Positions 7,527 to 15,877 of a stretch of 60,134 nucleotides of DNA are shown piece by piece; position 1 is the stretch's first letter, and each line of letters begins with the position of its first letter. The DNA is from a virus. Under the pieces are notes generated by a model that searched no databases, was not told where the DNA came from, and saw only the letters and a program-made list of their open reading frames with translations. The translations under genes and the position numbers were made by a program. Location of the stretch: positions 1 to 60,134 of the IMG/VR virus record IMGVR_UViG_3300027365_000001. One strand, given 5' to 3'.

Positions 7527-8050
7527 ATGGCACCTTCCAGCGAGGCATCGCCTTGCGTCATGGAATACTCAGCTACGCGGCACTTGGCGCCGTCGCGGTT
7601 GAAGATCGGAAGGACGATGCCAAGACTGCTTTTCTCGAGCGCGACCACGTTTGAGACTCCATAGGCAACCAGGCAGATAGGCGCGCCGCTGTTGAAGGGC
7701 GCTCGCTCGCCGGTGACGTAGTGAAAATGAGGGCGACCCTCGATGAAGAGGATCGCGTCAGCAGCGCCCCAGACGCATTCGTAGAACATGGCAGTCTCGG
7801 TGCGCGCCGGGATCAGGGCAATTCCGTTTCCGTGCTCGACCATCCGCCGAAGCCACTTCACTGCCTCGCGTCCGAATGGTGGATTGCACCAGACGCGCCC
7901 GCGCCACGGCTGCACCAGGCCGTCATCGGCAAGGGTGTAGTGCTGGCTGGCGGTTTCCCACGGCCGAACGACAGGGGCGCAAGGATCAAGATCGAAGGCG
8001 CCAAGCGAGCGCACGATCTCCGGCGGCGTCAGCCACTCGTCGTTCTTCAT
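7523..8050 (-). CDS. dam: phage-type DNA N6-adenine methyltransferase (Dam family)
   Basis: ATG 8050. Translation MKNDEWLTPPEIVRSLGAFDLDPCA...VWCNPPFGREAVKWL (DEW-TP and NPPF motifs). The track ORF extends to 8440 through R/P-rich sequence that overlaps another gene. Confidence 0.85.
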   Translation of the reverse strand: MKNDEWLTPPEIVRSLGAFDLDPCAPVVRPWETASQHYTLADDGLVQPWRGRVWCNPPFGREAVKWLRRMVEHGNGIALIPARTETAMFYECVWGAADAILFIEGRPHFHYVTGERAPFNSGAPICLVAYGVSNVVALEKSSLGIVLPIFNRDGAKCRVAEYSMTQGDASLEGAM

Positions 8051-8076
8051 CTTCGCGGACTGGTGACCGGAAAGGC

Positions 8077-8412
8077 TCACACGGCACCATCCTGCACGGC
8101 ATTGCCCTGCACCAGGTAAGGGGAAGCATGGCGCGATTTTGCGCCATGGCTGCGGACGGCTCGATCCAGCTTGCGCTTCAGGTTGTACTCGTTGAGCTGG
8201 GCTCGGCGGTAAGCGTCTACTTCCTGCTTGGAGAACTCCTGCATGGCTCGGTACTGTTGGTGGCCTTTGTCGATGTAGGTGAAGCCTGACATCGAGAGGC
8301 ATTCCTTGCAGAACTCGGTGTACTTCTCGCGCAGGTCGTACTTCGCGTTCTTGCGCGCCAGCGTGGCGGCGTGCAGCTCTACGGCCAGCTGGCCGATCTT
8401 CTCCAGGCTCAT
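8077..8412 (-). CDS. hypothetical protein (111 aa)
   Basis: ATGA-coupled to the Bro gene upstream. Normal composition, MSLEKIGQLAVELHAATLARKNAKYDLREKY... Confidence 0.65.
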   Translation of the reverse strand: MSLEKIGQLAVELHAATLARKNAKYDLREKYTEFCKECLSMSGFTYIDKGHQQYRAMQEFSKQEVDAYRRAQLNEYNLKRKLDRAVRSHGAKSRHASPYLVQGNAVQDGAV

Positions 8413-9155
8413 ACGTCACCGCCTTTGAACAGTTCAGCAAGGTCGATGCCGAAGGCGAAGAGCCATGCGCCGGCGGGCCATGCCTTCACAGAGCCATAGC
8501 GCTCGTCGACGACTTCAGCGGGGATCACGCCATTGGCTTTGCACCATGCACGCAAGGCGACGTATGCGTTTTTCGGCAGCTTGGCGCCGGTCTCTTTCTC
8601 CACGGCAGTTACCGTCGCGTGCCGGCTGCAGAAGCCCAGTTTTTCCTCCAGGCGCTTGGCCTTCTTCGTGGCCGCGGCGGCAGTGGCCATGGCAGTAGCC
8701 TCGCGCTTGCTGCCGATCAGGGCCTTGGTGGCGATGGCGTGATCACGCTCAGCCTCTGCCAGCAGGCGGGCCTGCTCGGAGTCCATGGCAAGCTGCAGCA
8801 GCTCCATGCGGGTTAGCTCTCGCTGCGGCGCGACGTAGCTGCCAGTCTTGCGGATGCTGGGAAGGACATCATGTGTCACCCAGCGCTTGAAGCGCTTTGC
8901 GCCAGGCTTCTTGCTGCCAAGGACCAGGCTGTATAGTCCTGGCTCGTTGATGATGACGACTTTCTGCATGCCACCAGGGGTGTGAATTGAACTCACCCCC
9001 TTCTCGTCATCGTCAAGGCGCTCAAGAGCCTTGCGATCTAGCTCTAGGGCGGCGAGGACATCGGCCGCAATGAACCACGGGCACCCCGCGTCATCGGTCT
9101 GAACACGAAGATTAAGATGATCAAATTGGAAGGAATGAACAGCTTGAGGTAGCAT
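8409..9155 (-). CDS. Bro-N domain protein / antirepressor-like
   Basis: N-terminus FQFDHLNLRVQTDDAGCPWFIAADVLAALELD...IINEPGLYSLVLGSKKPGAKRFKRWVTHDVLPSIRKTGSY is a textbook Bro-N signature. RBS AAGGAG. Confidence 0.85.
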   Translation of the reverse strand: MLPQAVHSFQFDHLNLRVQTDDAGCPWFIAADVLAALELDRKALERLDDDEKGVSSIHTPGGMQKVVIINEPGLYSLVLGSKKPGAKRFKRWVTHDVLPSIRKTGSYVAPQRELTRMELLQLAMDSEQARLLAEAERDHAIATKALIGSKREATAMATAAAATKKAKRLEEKLGFCSRHATVTAVEKETGAKLPKNAYVALRAWCKANGVIPAEVVDERYGSVKAWPAGAWLFAFGIDLAELFKGGDV

Positions 9156-9186
9156 AGGGATGCTCCTTACGGCTAAGTAGCAATGC

Positions 9187-9226
9187 GCCCCGAACAGGTT
9201 CCAAGGCCTGCCGGGGCATTTTTTTT
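9187..9226 (+). terminator. hairpin plus T8 tract oriented as a plus-strand intrinsic terminator inside a minus-strand operon
   Basis: GCCCCGAACAGG (9187-9198) pairs imperfectly with CCTGCCGGGGC (9207-9217), followed by A and T8 (9219-9226). On the minus strand the run is A8 before the stem, so orientation relative to the flanking genes is anomalous. Confidence 0.4.
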
Positions 9227-9252
9227 GCCTGCGAATCGCTGCAGACGGTTTG

Positions 9253-9261
9253 ATATTAGCA
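9253..9261 (-). promoter_or_regulatory. candidate extended -10 promoter element (TGCTAATAT) for the Bro/methyltransferase/replication genes
   Basis: The minus strand reads ...CAGTTGTGCTAATATCAAACC... in the 113-nt gap between the RuvC and Bro genes. The -35 (TTCGAC) is weak. Confidence 0.35.
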
Positions 9262-9268
9262 CAACTGG

Positions 9269-9763
9269 TTAGCTAGTCGAACCACTCTGCCAAAGCGAAT
9301 GCAGGCCGTACCGGCCGATAAGCAGAGCATCGGCCACGGCCTGGCCCTTGGCCTTCTGGTCGAGAACACGCAGCTCGGGGAAGAGCTGGACGGCACGCGA
9401 TCGAGCAGCGTCCTTGTCCGAACCGATCAGCCCGGCGTGCTTTTTCCAGGCCTGCGGCGTTACCAGGGTCAGCGGGATGCCCATGCCGGTGATGACGCCC
9501 TCCACCAGGCCGGCGGCATGGCCGAAGGTGAACACGCTCGAAACCCCCTGTTTCGGCATGCTGTGAACCGACTCCAGGTAGCAGTGCGCCGGCCTGAAGC
9601 TGTCGCGCACCGCCTCGCGCAGGTAGGCAGATACCGCCGCGCCGTTCACCCGGCTTGACTTTCCGGCTTTGATCGTCGGCATCAGCAGGTGGGACACATA
9701 CCGCCCGTCGTCGTCGAGGGTGACGATGGCCCCCGAGCATCCTGGATCGCAGGCGATGATCAT
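9269..9763 (-). CDS. ruvC: RuvC-like Holliday junction resolvase
   Basis: MIIACDPGCSGAIVTLDDDG... carries the N-terminal catalytic Asp motif. Also ...ESVHSMPKQGVSSVFTFGHAAG... and C-terminal ...VADALLIGRYG. Confidence 0.8.
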   Translation of the reverse strand: MIIACDPGCSGAIVTLDDDGRYVSHLLMPTIKAGKSSRVNGAAVSAYLREAVRDSFRPAHCYLESVHSMPKQGVSSVFTFGHAAGLVEGVITGMGIPLTLVTPQAWKKHAGLIGSDKDAARSRAVQLFPELRVLDQKAKGQAVADALLIGRYGLHSLWQSGSTS

Positions 9764-10479
9764 GCGCGCTTCTCCGTCTTCAGGAGGCCTGGCGCCAGCT
9801 CCAGGGATTCACGCCAGTCGCCAGCAACCTTGCCGGAATTGACCTCGGCGCGCATGCCACCGTCATTCACCCAGCCCACGCGGATGCGCTTCGGCTCCTT
9901 CTGCCAGAAGGCCCAGACGCCGCGGGAATCCTGCGTCAGGTAGTTCGCCCAGACCGGCGCATCATCCCACTTCGGTTTTCCGCTCGGATCGACAAGGGCG
10001 TCAGTGTTCGGCAGCTCGACCACCTTGGAGCCGTAATGCTCGCCGGTATTGCCGTTCTGCTCCACCACCTCCTGTCGGCCGGTTTGGTCGAAGCGGAGAT
10101 CGGGACCGACCGGCTGGCGCTCGCCTTTCGTCGCCAGGCTCTTGAGCACTTCGCGCTCTTCCGTGGTCAACAGGTCTGCCGGGGCTTCGGCCTTCGGCTG
10201 GCGCTGACGGTGGAAGATAACCATGCCGGCGATGTAAACGATCGCCCCCAGCAGCTCGCGCTCGCGGGCCTCATGGGGCAGGCGCATACCCTCGGTCACC
10301 TTCTTGCAGACCTGGAAGGCCATGCCGGCGTCAGAATCCAGCAGCGCGCTGATGGTCTGCATGCGCTGCTCATGGAACGGTAGGCCGTTGGCGTGGCGCT
10401 CGGCTCCCTTGCCGGCGGCAGCCTGGTCGAAAGCAGCCTGCAGCACGGCGGCCAGCTGCTCATATCCTGGTGTGTTCAA
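9760..10479 (-). CDS. hypothetical protein; the N-terminus resembles the DUF5664 (dATP/dGTP diphosphohydrolase N-terminal-like) family
   Basis: 239 aa, ATGA-coupled. AAAGKGAERHANGLPFHEQRM... is similar to that family as I recall it. The function call is weak. Confidence 0.65.
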   Translation of the reverse strand: MNTPGYEQLAAVLQAAFDQAAAGKGAERHANGLPFHEQRMQTISALLDSDAGMAFQVCKKVTEGMRLPHEARERELLGAIVYIAGMVIFHRQRQPKAEAPADLLTTEEREVLKSLATKGERQPVGPDLRFDQTGRQEVVEQNGNTGEHYGSKVVELPNTDALVDPSGKPKWDDAPVWANYLTQDSRGVWAFWQKEPKRIRVGWVNDGGMRAEVNSGKVAGDWRESLELAPGLLKTEKRA

Positions 10480-10745
10480 GCGGATTTCCTCTGGTTATCA
10501 CTGTAGAAACGCTGGCTCAGGCCGCACGGCAGGCGGCGGATGACGATCGCCACCGGCGCGCCGATGGTGCGGTTGATCGCCTGAACCAGCTTGTTGGCTT
10601 GGCCCTTGGTGAAGGCCTGGTTGGTTTCGAACAGGAAGCTGTCGCCCTCGATGCGGACCAGCGTGCAGCAGGAGGCGAAGTCCTTGACGGCCTGCCCTGC
10701 GATCAGGCGCTGCCGGAGCTGGCGCCAGGTGGCGTGCGGGTTCAT
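10476..10745 (-). CDS. hypothetical protein (89 aa)
   Basis: ATGA-coupled on both sides, with normal composition. Confidence 0.6.
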   Translation of the reverse strand: MNPHATWRQLRQRLIAGQAVKDFASCCTLVRIEGDSFLFETNQAFTKGQANKLVQAINRTIGAPVAIVIRRLPCGLSQRFYSDNQRKSA

Positions 10746-11032
10746 GCGCAGACCTCCTGCAGAACACGATCCAGCAGCTCGCGCTCGGTACCGAACTCGG
10801 CTTCGAAGGCTCGTTTTGCAAGGTGGATGCTCGGCACTTGCGGGTGCGCCGTACCGCGATGGTGCGCAGGGCAGAGCGGGATAGCCTCATAGTGGCTGGC
10901 CCGCTGGCCTCGCCCCTTGCCGGCGCGAATGTGGTGAATTTCAGCATGGCTTCCCGGTGTGCCCTGGATCATGCAGGCGATGCAGCCAAGTTCTGCCAGC
11001 TTGGACAGGTGGCGCTTCTCGTCGTTGGTCAT
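10742..11032 (-). CDS. Ref-like (recombination enhancement function) HNH-type nuclease
   Basis: HLSKLAELGCIACMIQG...AEIHHIRAGKGRGQRASHYEAIPLCPAHHRG...H matches the CxxC...HH...C..HH pattern of P1 Ref-family nucleases. Confidence 0.75.
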   Translation of the reverse strand: MTNDEKRHLSKLAELGCIACMIQGTPGSHAEIHHIRAGKGRGQRASHYEAIPLCPAHHRGTAHPQVPSIHLAKRAFEAEFGTERELLDRVLQEVCA

Positions 11033-11496
11033 GCAAACCTCAGAATTTCGTCAACCACCCGCTCCACTTCAGCCGCATCCTGGTAGTTCGCCAGGATCTG
11101 GTACTTCTGCAGGAACAGGGTGATGGTCTTTTGGAACAGCTGGTCGAACTCTTCCTCGCTCATGTGCGCAAAGCTGATGCTCTTGGCCTCGGCCCGCGTC
11201 TCGCCGCGCAGATTGACCGTCAGCTCGTAGAAACCGCTGGCGATCGCCACGTCTTTGCGGAAGCGATGGAAGTTCTTCACCACCGGATTCCCCTTGTGCT
11301 CAGCCAGGGCGGGCTCCCATGCGTCATAGGCCAAGCGCAGCAGCGCCATGTATTTCTTCAGGAAGCGGTAGTTGCGAGGCCGGGCGAACTCGCCTCCCAG
11401 CACATCGCCGTTCTTCACTTTCTGCAGCCACTCGGCGGTTTCGTCGTTATCAGGAACGAGGGTGCCGCCGGGCAGCTTGCGCAAAAAGAGCTTCAT
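11029..11496 (-). CDS. DUF1367-family phage protein
   Basis: ATG 11496. Translation MKLFLRKLPGGTLVPDNDETAEWLQKVKNGDVLGGEFARPRNYRFLKKYMALLRLAYDAW... The upstream extension in the track is A/R/G-rich and overlaps rdgC. Confidence 0.7.
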   Translation of the reverse strand: MKLFLRKLPGGTLVPDNDETAEWLQKVKNGDVLGGEFARPRNYRFLKKYMALLRLAYDAWEPALAEHKGNPVVKNFHRFRKDVAIASGFYELTVNLRGETRAEAKSISFAHMSEEEFDQLFQKTITLFLQKYQILANYQDAAEVERVVDEILRFA

Positions 11497-11501
11497 GCGG
11501 A

Positions 11502-12431
11502 TCAGATACCTGTCGGGATTTCTTCGCCGGCCGGCTCCTTGTAGCCGAGCAGGTCGCACAGGGCCTTGATCGCGGCACTCAGCTGCAGCAGCTGCACGGA
11601 GGCCTCCATGCGCCACAGCATGGGCATGTCCGCGTTATCGCGCTGCTGCTCTTCGTCCTCGGTGAGCTCGCCGAAGAAGTCGATCGCCCGGAAATGGAAG
11701 TCCTTGGTGAGCTTGAAGGACATGGTGCCGTGCACGAGTTCCATGCGCTCGACCAGCATTTCAGCGGCAAGCGCCTCAGCCAGGCCCTGGCGAGCATCAT
11801 CCAGGTTATCCAGATCGAAGCTGGCCTTGTTGGTTTTGTGCTTCAGCAGGCACGACTCGCCCAGCTTGAAGCCGTCGAACGCATCCTCCTTCCCATCCAG
11901 GTAGTTGCGCAGGCGCGTGGTCAGGCCGCCCTTGATGTCGCTGATGTGGATGGTCTGGGTTGTCACCGAACCAACCGCCTTGATCAGGCTGTTGACCAGC
12001 ACGTTCGCCAGGTGCTTGTTGGTCACCGGGACCACCAGGAACTGCTCGGCCTCGTAGTAGAACGCATTGACGACCGTGGTTTTCACCAGGGCCTTCGCGA
12101 TCAGTTCGGCCATCACGCGCTCGGCGATCTCTTCGCCCCGCTCCTTGCTGAGCTCGCCACCATACTCTTCGATCTCCGCCTGCTGCGCCTCGTGCACCGC
12201 GGCGCGCACCGAAGCCTTCGGCAGGATCTTCTCGTCGTAGCGCAGCGTGAAGGTCAGGCCGCCCTCGATCGGAGTCACGAGCTCGCCGGTGGTGCCGTTC
12301 GGGACGAAGCCGGCGCCGGACACGAAGGTTTCGCCGACCGGCTCGAAGGGAAGTTCTTGCAGGTGCTGCTGCAGCAGCTCCAGGCGCGGGAGTTGAGCCT
12401 TGTAAACGATTGCGTTGCGGATGACTTTCAT
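11502..12431 (-). CDS. rdgC: recombination-associated protein RdgC
   Basis: 309 aa. MKVIRNAIVYKAQLP...DEKILPKASV... parallels E. coli RdgC (FKNLMVYRL...EEKILPSPVI). Confidence 0.8.
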   Translation of the reverse strand: MKVIRNAIVYKAQLPRLELLQQHLQELPFEPVGETFVSGAGFVPNGTTGELVTPIEGGLTFTLRYDEKILPKASVRAAVHEAQQAEIEEYGGELSKERGEEIAERVMAELIAKALVKTTVVNAFYYEAEQFLVVPVTNKHLANVLVNSLIKAVGSVTTQTIHISDIKGGLTTRLRNYLDGKEDAFDGFKLGESCLLKHKTNKASFDLDNLDDARQGLAEALAAEMLVERMELVHGTMSFKLTKDFHFRAIDFFGELTEDEEQQRDNADMPMLWRMEASVQLLQLSAAIKALCDLLGYKEPAGEEIPTGI

Positions 12432-12467
12432 TTGGTGATGCCTCTTTGGTTATTAAAACGGAATTGC

Positions 12468-12920
12468 TTAGAACGGGATCTCGTCGTCGAAGCTGTCGTA
12501 ATCAGGCTGCTGGTTCTGCGCCGGGCGCTGGCTCTGCTGCTGGCGCGGTGCGCTCTGCTGCTGGCGTTGCGGCGGTTGCTGATCTTTCTCTGGCCAGTCG
12601 ATGATTTCGGTGCCCTGGCTCAGGTGGATCTCGGTGACGTAGCGCTTCACGCCATCCTTTTCGAACTCGCGGGTCTTCAGCTTCCCCACTGCCAGCAGGC
12701 GCTTGCCTTTGTGCAGCCACTGCCCAAGGAACTCGGCGGTCTTGCCGAACGCAACACAGCGGACCCACTCGGTTTTCTCAACCTTCTTGCCCTGCTTGTC
12801 CTTGTAGCTGTCATCGACGGCGATGTTGAAGTTCGCCACGGCATCGCCGTTCGGCATGTAGCGCAGCTCGATGTCGTTACCCAGGCGACCGATGCCTTCC
12901 CAGCGGTTCAGATTTGCCAT
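12468..12920 (-). CDS. ssb: single-stranded DNA-binding protein
   Basis: MANLNRWEGIGRLGNDIELRYMPNGDAVANFNIAV...TEWVRCVAFGKTAEF..., a Q/P-rich tail and the acidic tip DYDSFDDEIPF. The start overlaps the upstream TAA by one base (TAATG). Confidence 0.9.
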   Translation of the reverse strand: MANLNRWEGIGRLGNDIELRYMPNGDAVANFNIAVDDSYKDKQGKKVEKTEWVRCVAFGKTAEFLGQWLHKGKRLLAVGKLKTREFEKDGVKRYVTEIHLSQGTEIIDWPEKDQQPPQRQQQSAPRQQQSQRPAQNQQPDYDSFDDEIPF

Positions 12921-13270
12921 TACTTCCCCCTCATGCACGCTTGCGCGCTTTTCAGATTGTCGATTGCGGCTTCAGCGATAGCCGTTGCCTGTTTGATCTT
13001 CGCAATGCCGGTGCCGAGGCTGCTCATTGCAGACCCCAACTGAAGCATTACGCTGTGCGGCTCGTTGATCGGGAACCTGCAGACGTGGTGCAGGTACAGC
13101 AGGATCTGAAGCGGCTCACTGACGCGGTGGATCTCGCGCTCGTAGCTGCTGGCCACGCTCTTGTTGGCGACCCCTACGACTCCCCAAAACTCTGCCTGGG
13201 TCATCTTCAGGTTCGCTCTAAGCTGCTTGGCCACAGACCCCGTGATCTGGTCGTGACTGGTGATCTCCAT
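12920..13270 (-). CDS. XRE/Cro-like helix-turn-helix transcriptional regulator, first gene of the leftward block
   Basis: GSVAKQLRANLKMTQAEFWGVVGVANKSVASSYERE is a typical HTH_XRE segment. GGAGAA RBS. It lies directly beside the operator cluster. Confidence 0.75.
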   Translation of the reverse strand: MEITSHDQITGSVAKQLRANLKMTQAEFWGVVGVANKSVASSYEREIHRVSEPLQILLYLHHVCRFPINEPHSVMLQLGSAMSSLGTGIAKIKQATAIAEAAIDNLKSAQACMRGK

Positions 13271-13281
13271 TTGTTCTCCAT

Positions 13282-13389
13282 GGTTCGGTTTAGTTGCCGC
13301 ATGTTCTCAAAACCGAACCACATGAGTCAAGCGAGAGGATTGATTTCATTTAGGTTCGGTTCGACATCAGAACCCAATATAACCGAACC
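13282..13389. promoter_or_regulatory. divergent early control region with two operators of the form GGTTCGGTT-N19/20-AACCGAACC
   Basis: O1 consists of 13282-13290 and 13311-13319 (perfect 11-bp arms TGGTTCGGTTT). O2 consists of 13353-13361 and 13381-13389. The region lies between the Cro-like gene (start 13270) and the exonuclease operon (start 13491). Confidence 0.6.
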
Positions 13390-13490
13390 ATATGGAGACG
13401 CACGCGAAAAAGGTATTGCGAATAACGAACCTCGGTGCCAATATCAGCACCATGCAGCACGGTGCTGCACAACAGCGAACGAGGCATCAC

Positions 13491-14480
13491 ATGAACCGCG
13501 AAACCCTCCACCCCGAGAACGAAGCCGCCTGGTTGGCCATGCGCCAGCAGGATCTGACCAGTACCGAGTGCGCCGCCCTGTTCGGCTGCTCGCCCTACGC
13601 CACCGAGTACGAGCTGTTCCACCGCAAGACCGGCCAGCTTGAGGCCGAGTTCGAGGTGAACAATCGAATGGTGTGGGGCAATCGCCTGGAGGCGGCCATC
13701 GCCTACGGCATTGCTGAAGACTTCGGCCTGCTGGTTGAGCCATTCAAGGCATACGTCCGCATCCCCGAGCTGCGTATGGGCTCCAGCTTCGACTTCAAGA
13801 TCGTCGGCCTGGCCGACGGCTTCTCCGGTGACGAAACCTACCGCGACCTGTTCCGCGAGCATGGCGTCGGCATCATGGAAGTGAAGAACGTCGACGGCCT
13901 GCAGTTCAAGCGCGCCTGGATTGCCGATGGCGATGACATGGAAGCGCCGCCGCACATCGAGCTGCAGGTCCAGCACCAGCAGGAAGTCGCCGATCTGGAG
14001 TGGACCCTGATCGCTCCCCTGGTCGGCGGTAACACGCCGCGCCCCTTCCACCGCCTGCGCAACCGCGAGTATGGCGAGGCCATCAAGGCGAAGGTCGCGG
14101 CCTTCTGGGCATCGGTCGACGCTGGCAAGGCGCCCGATCCAGACTTCACCAAGGACGGCGGAACCATCGCCAGGCTGCTGGCGAACGACAACGGCCAGAC
14201 CGTCGACATGAGCGACAACAATCGCCTGGCCGAGCTGGTCGCCGAGCATGCCAGCGCCAGCGCCGATCTGAAGGCTGCCGAGACGCGCAAGGACGCGGCC
14301 AAGGCCGAGATCCTGACCATCATCGGCACGAACGCCAAGGTCCTGCTGAACGGCTGCTACATCAGCGCCGGCACCACCAAGGACTCCGCCGGCACACTGA
14401 TCGAGCCGCACATGGTCGGCACCCGTATCGGCGGCCGGAAAGGCTACCGGCAGATGCGGATCTATCAGTCCAAGAAGTGA
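13491..14480 (+). CDS. YqaJ-like (lambda Exo-type) recombination exonuclease
   Basis: ATG 13491 after GAGG. Translation MNRETLHPENEAAWLAMRQQDLTSTECAALFGCSPYATEYELFHRKTG... carries the YqaJ N-terminal signature. It is paired with recT. Confidence 0.85.
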   Translation: MNRETLHPENEAAWLAMRQQDLTSTECAALFGCSPYATEYELFHRKTGQLEAEFEVNNRMVWGNRLEAAIAYGIAEDFGLLVEPFKAYVRIPELRMGSSFDFKIVGLADGFSGDETYRDLFREHGVGIMEVKNVDGLQFKRAWIADGDDMEAPPHIELQVQHQQEVADLEWTLIAPLVGGNTPRPFHRLRNREYGEAIKAKVAAFWASVDAGKAPDPDFTKDGGTIARLLANDNGQTVDMSDNNRLAELVAEHASASADLKAAETRKDAAKAEILTIIGTNAKVLLNGCYISAGTTKDSAGTLIEPHMVGTRIGGRKGYRQMRIYQSKK

Positions 14481-14532
14481 GTAGCACTGTGCCGCACCAT
14501 GCTGTGCGGCACCTTTCCCCGAGGTAATCGCA

Positions 14533-15450
14533 ATGAGCGAGCAAGATCAGAAAGGCGAAGACATGGCAGTCCCGCAGGAAAAGCCGAAGAGCCCGGCCGT
14601 AGCGTTCAGCAGCAAGCTGCAGGAGCAGCGCGAGGCGATCGCCAAGCAGCTGCCGCGCGGCATTGAAGCGGATCGCTTCATCCGTACCGCCATCACGACG
14701 GTGAACCTGAACCCTGAGCTGCTGCAGTGCACGCCGGCCAGCCTCTACGCCTCCTTCATGCAGGCCGCGAAGGATGGCCTGCTGCCGGACGGCAAGGAGG
14801 CAGTGGTTCAGCCCTACAACGTGAAGATCAAGGGGCAGAACGGCCAGCAAGACCGCTGGGAGAAGCAGGCGCAATACATGCCCATGGTGCGCGGCCTGAT
14901 CCAGGTCATGTATCGCACCGGCTTCGTTGCCATGGTCGATGGCGTGGCGGTCTATGAGAAGGACCACTTTGAGTATGAGCGTGGCGACCAGCCTCGCATC
15001 GTCCACCGCCCTTACATGGGCATGGAAGACCCCGGCAAGATCATCGGCGCCTACGCTGTGATCAAGCTGACCAACGGCGAGGTCAAGCGCGAGGTGATGA
15101 CCCGCCGCGACCTGCTGAAGGTGCGCGAGGCCTCCAAGGCGAAGAACGGGCCAGGCTGGACCACTTGGGAAGACCAGTTCTCGATCAAGGCTGTGATCAA
15201 GCGGGCACAGAAGCAGCTCCCGACCGATGAAGCCCTGGAGCGCGTCATCCAGCACGACAACGACGCCATGGGCTTCGACTTCGGCGACCAGCCGCGCGAG
15301 CTGCCGCAGCAGAACGTCGCCCGCCTGCCGTCGTCGCCGGCCCGCCCCGGCCGCCTCGACTCGATCATGGGCATGCAGAACCAGCGCCAGCCAGAACCCG
15401 TCGAGTTCGACGAGCCCCAAACCCAAGAGGACGTGCACCACCATGAATGA
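14533..15450 (+). CDS. recT: RecT-family single-strand annealing protein
   Basis: ...FIRTAITTVNLNPELLQCTPASLYASFMQAAKDGLLPDGKEAVVQPY...IGAYAVIKLTNGE... is typical RecT. Confidence 0.9.
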   Translation: MSEQDQKGEDMAVPQEKPKSPAVAFSSKLQEQREAIAKQLPRGIEADRFIRTAITTVNLNPELLQCTPASLYASFMQAAKDGLLPDGKEAVVQPYNVKIKGQNGQQDRWEKQAQYMPMVRGLIQVMYRTGFVAMVDGVAVYEKDHFEYERGDQPRIVHRPYMGMEDPGKIIGAYAVIKLTNGEVKREVMTRRDLLKVREASKAKNGPGWTTWEDQFSIKAVIKRAQKQLPTDEALERVIQHDNDAMGFDFGDQPRELPQQNVARLPSSPARPGRLDSIMGMQNQRQPEPVEFDEPQTQEDVHHHE

Positions 15451-15847
15451 GCAGACCATCAACCCGATCGATGATCGGTTCCTGACCACGAAGGAACTGG
15501 CCGAGCGCTGGGGAATATCGGTCTGGTCGATGAAGAAGATGCGGCGAGCCAGCGAGGGCCCGCCCTTCATCGTGACCCGTAACCAGGCCTGCTACAAGCT
15601 GTCCGAAGTCCTCAAGTTCGAGGATGGCGGCCTGCTCAGCAAGCAGCAGCTGGCCGATCGCTGGGGCATTGGCGTCCGCGCGCTGGAGTACCGCGACCAG
15701 CACGGCGAGCTACCGGGCAAGGTGATGATCGGCGGAAAGGTCCGCTACCGGCTGAACAAGATCATCGCCCTGGAAGACGCGCAGTCGCGCACCGGCGGCA
15801 AGCTGAACGCTCCGCATAAGCCGCGTAGCGAAGCGGAGTCGGCTTGA
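15443..15847 (+). CDS. DNA-binding protein with two tandem excisionase/MerR-like HTH domains
   Basis: ATG 15443 overlaps the recT stop. LTTKELAERWGISVWSMKKM...YKLSEVLKFED is repeated as LSKQQLADRWGIGVRALEYR...YRLNKIIALED. Confidence 0.7.
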   Translation: MNEQTINPIDDRFLTTKELAERWGISVWSMKKMRRASEGPPFIVTRNQACYKLSEVLKFEDGGLLSKQQLADRWGIGVRALEYRDQHGELPGKVMIGGKVRYRLNKIIALEDAQSRTGGKLNAPHKPRSEAESA

Positions 15848-15877
15848 TGCGGTTGTTAGGCGATTTTGGAGGATGAG

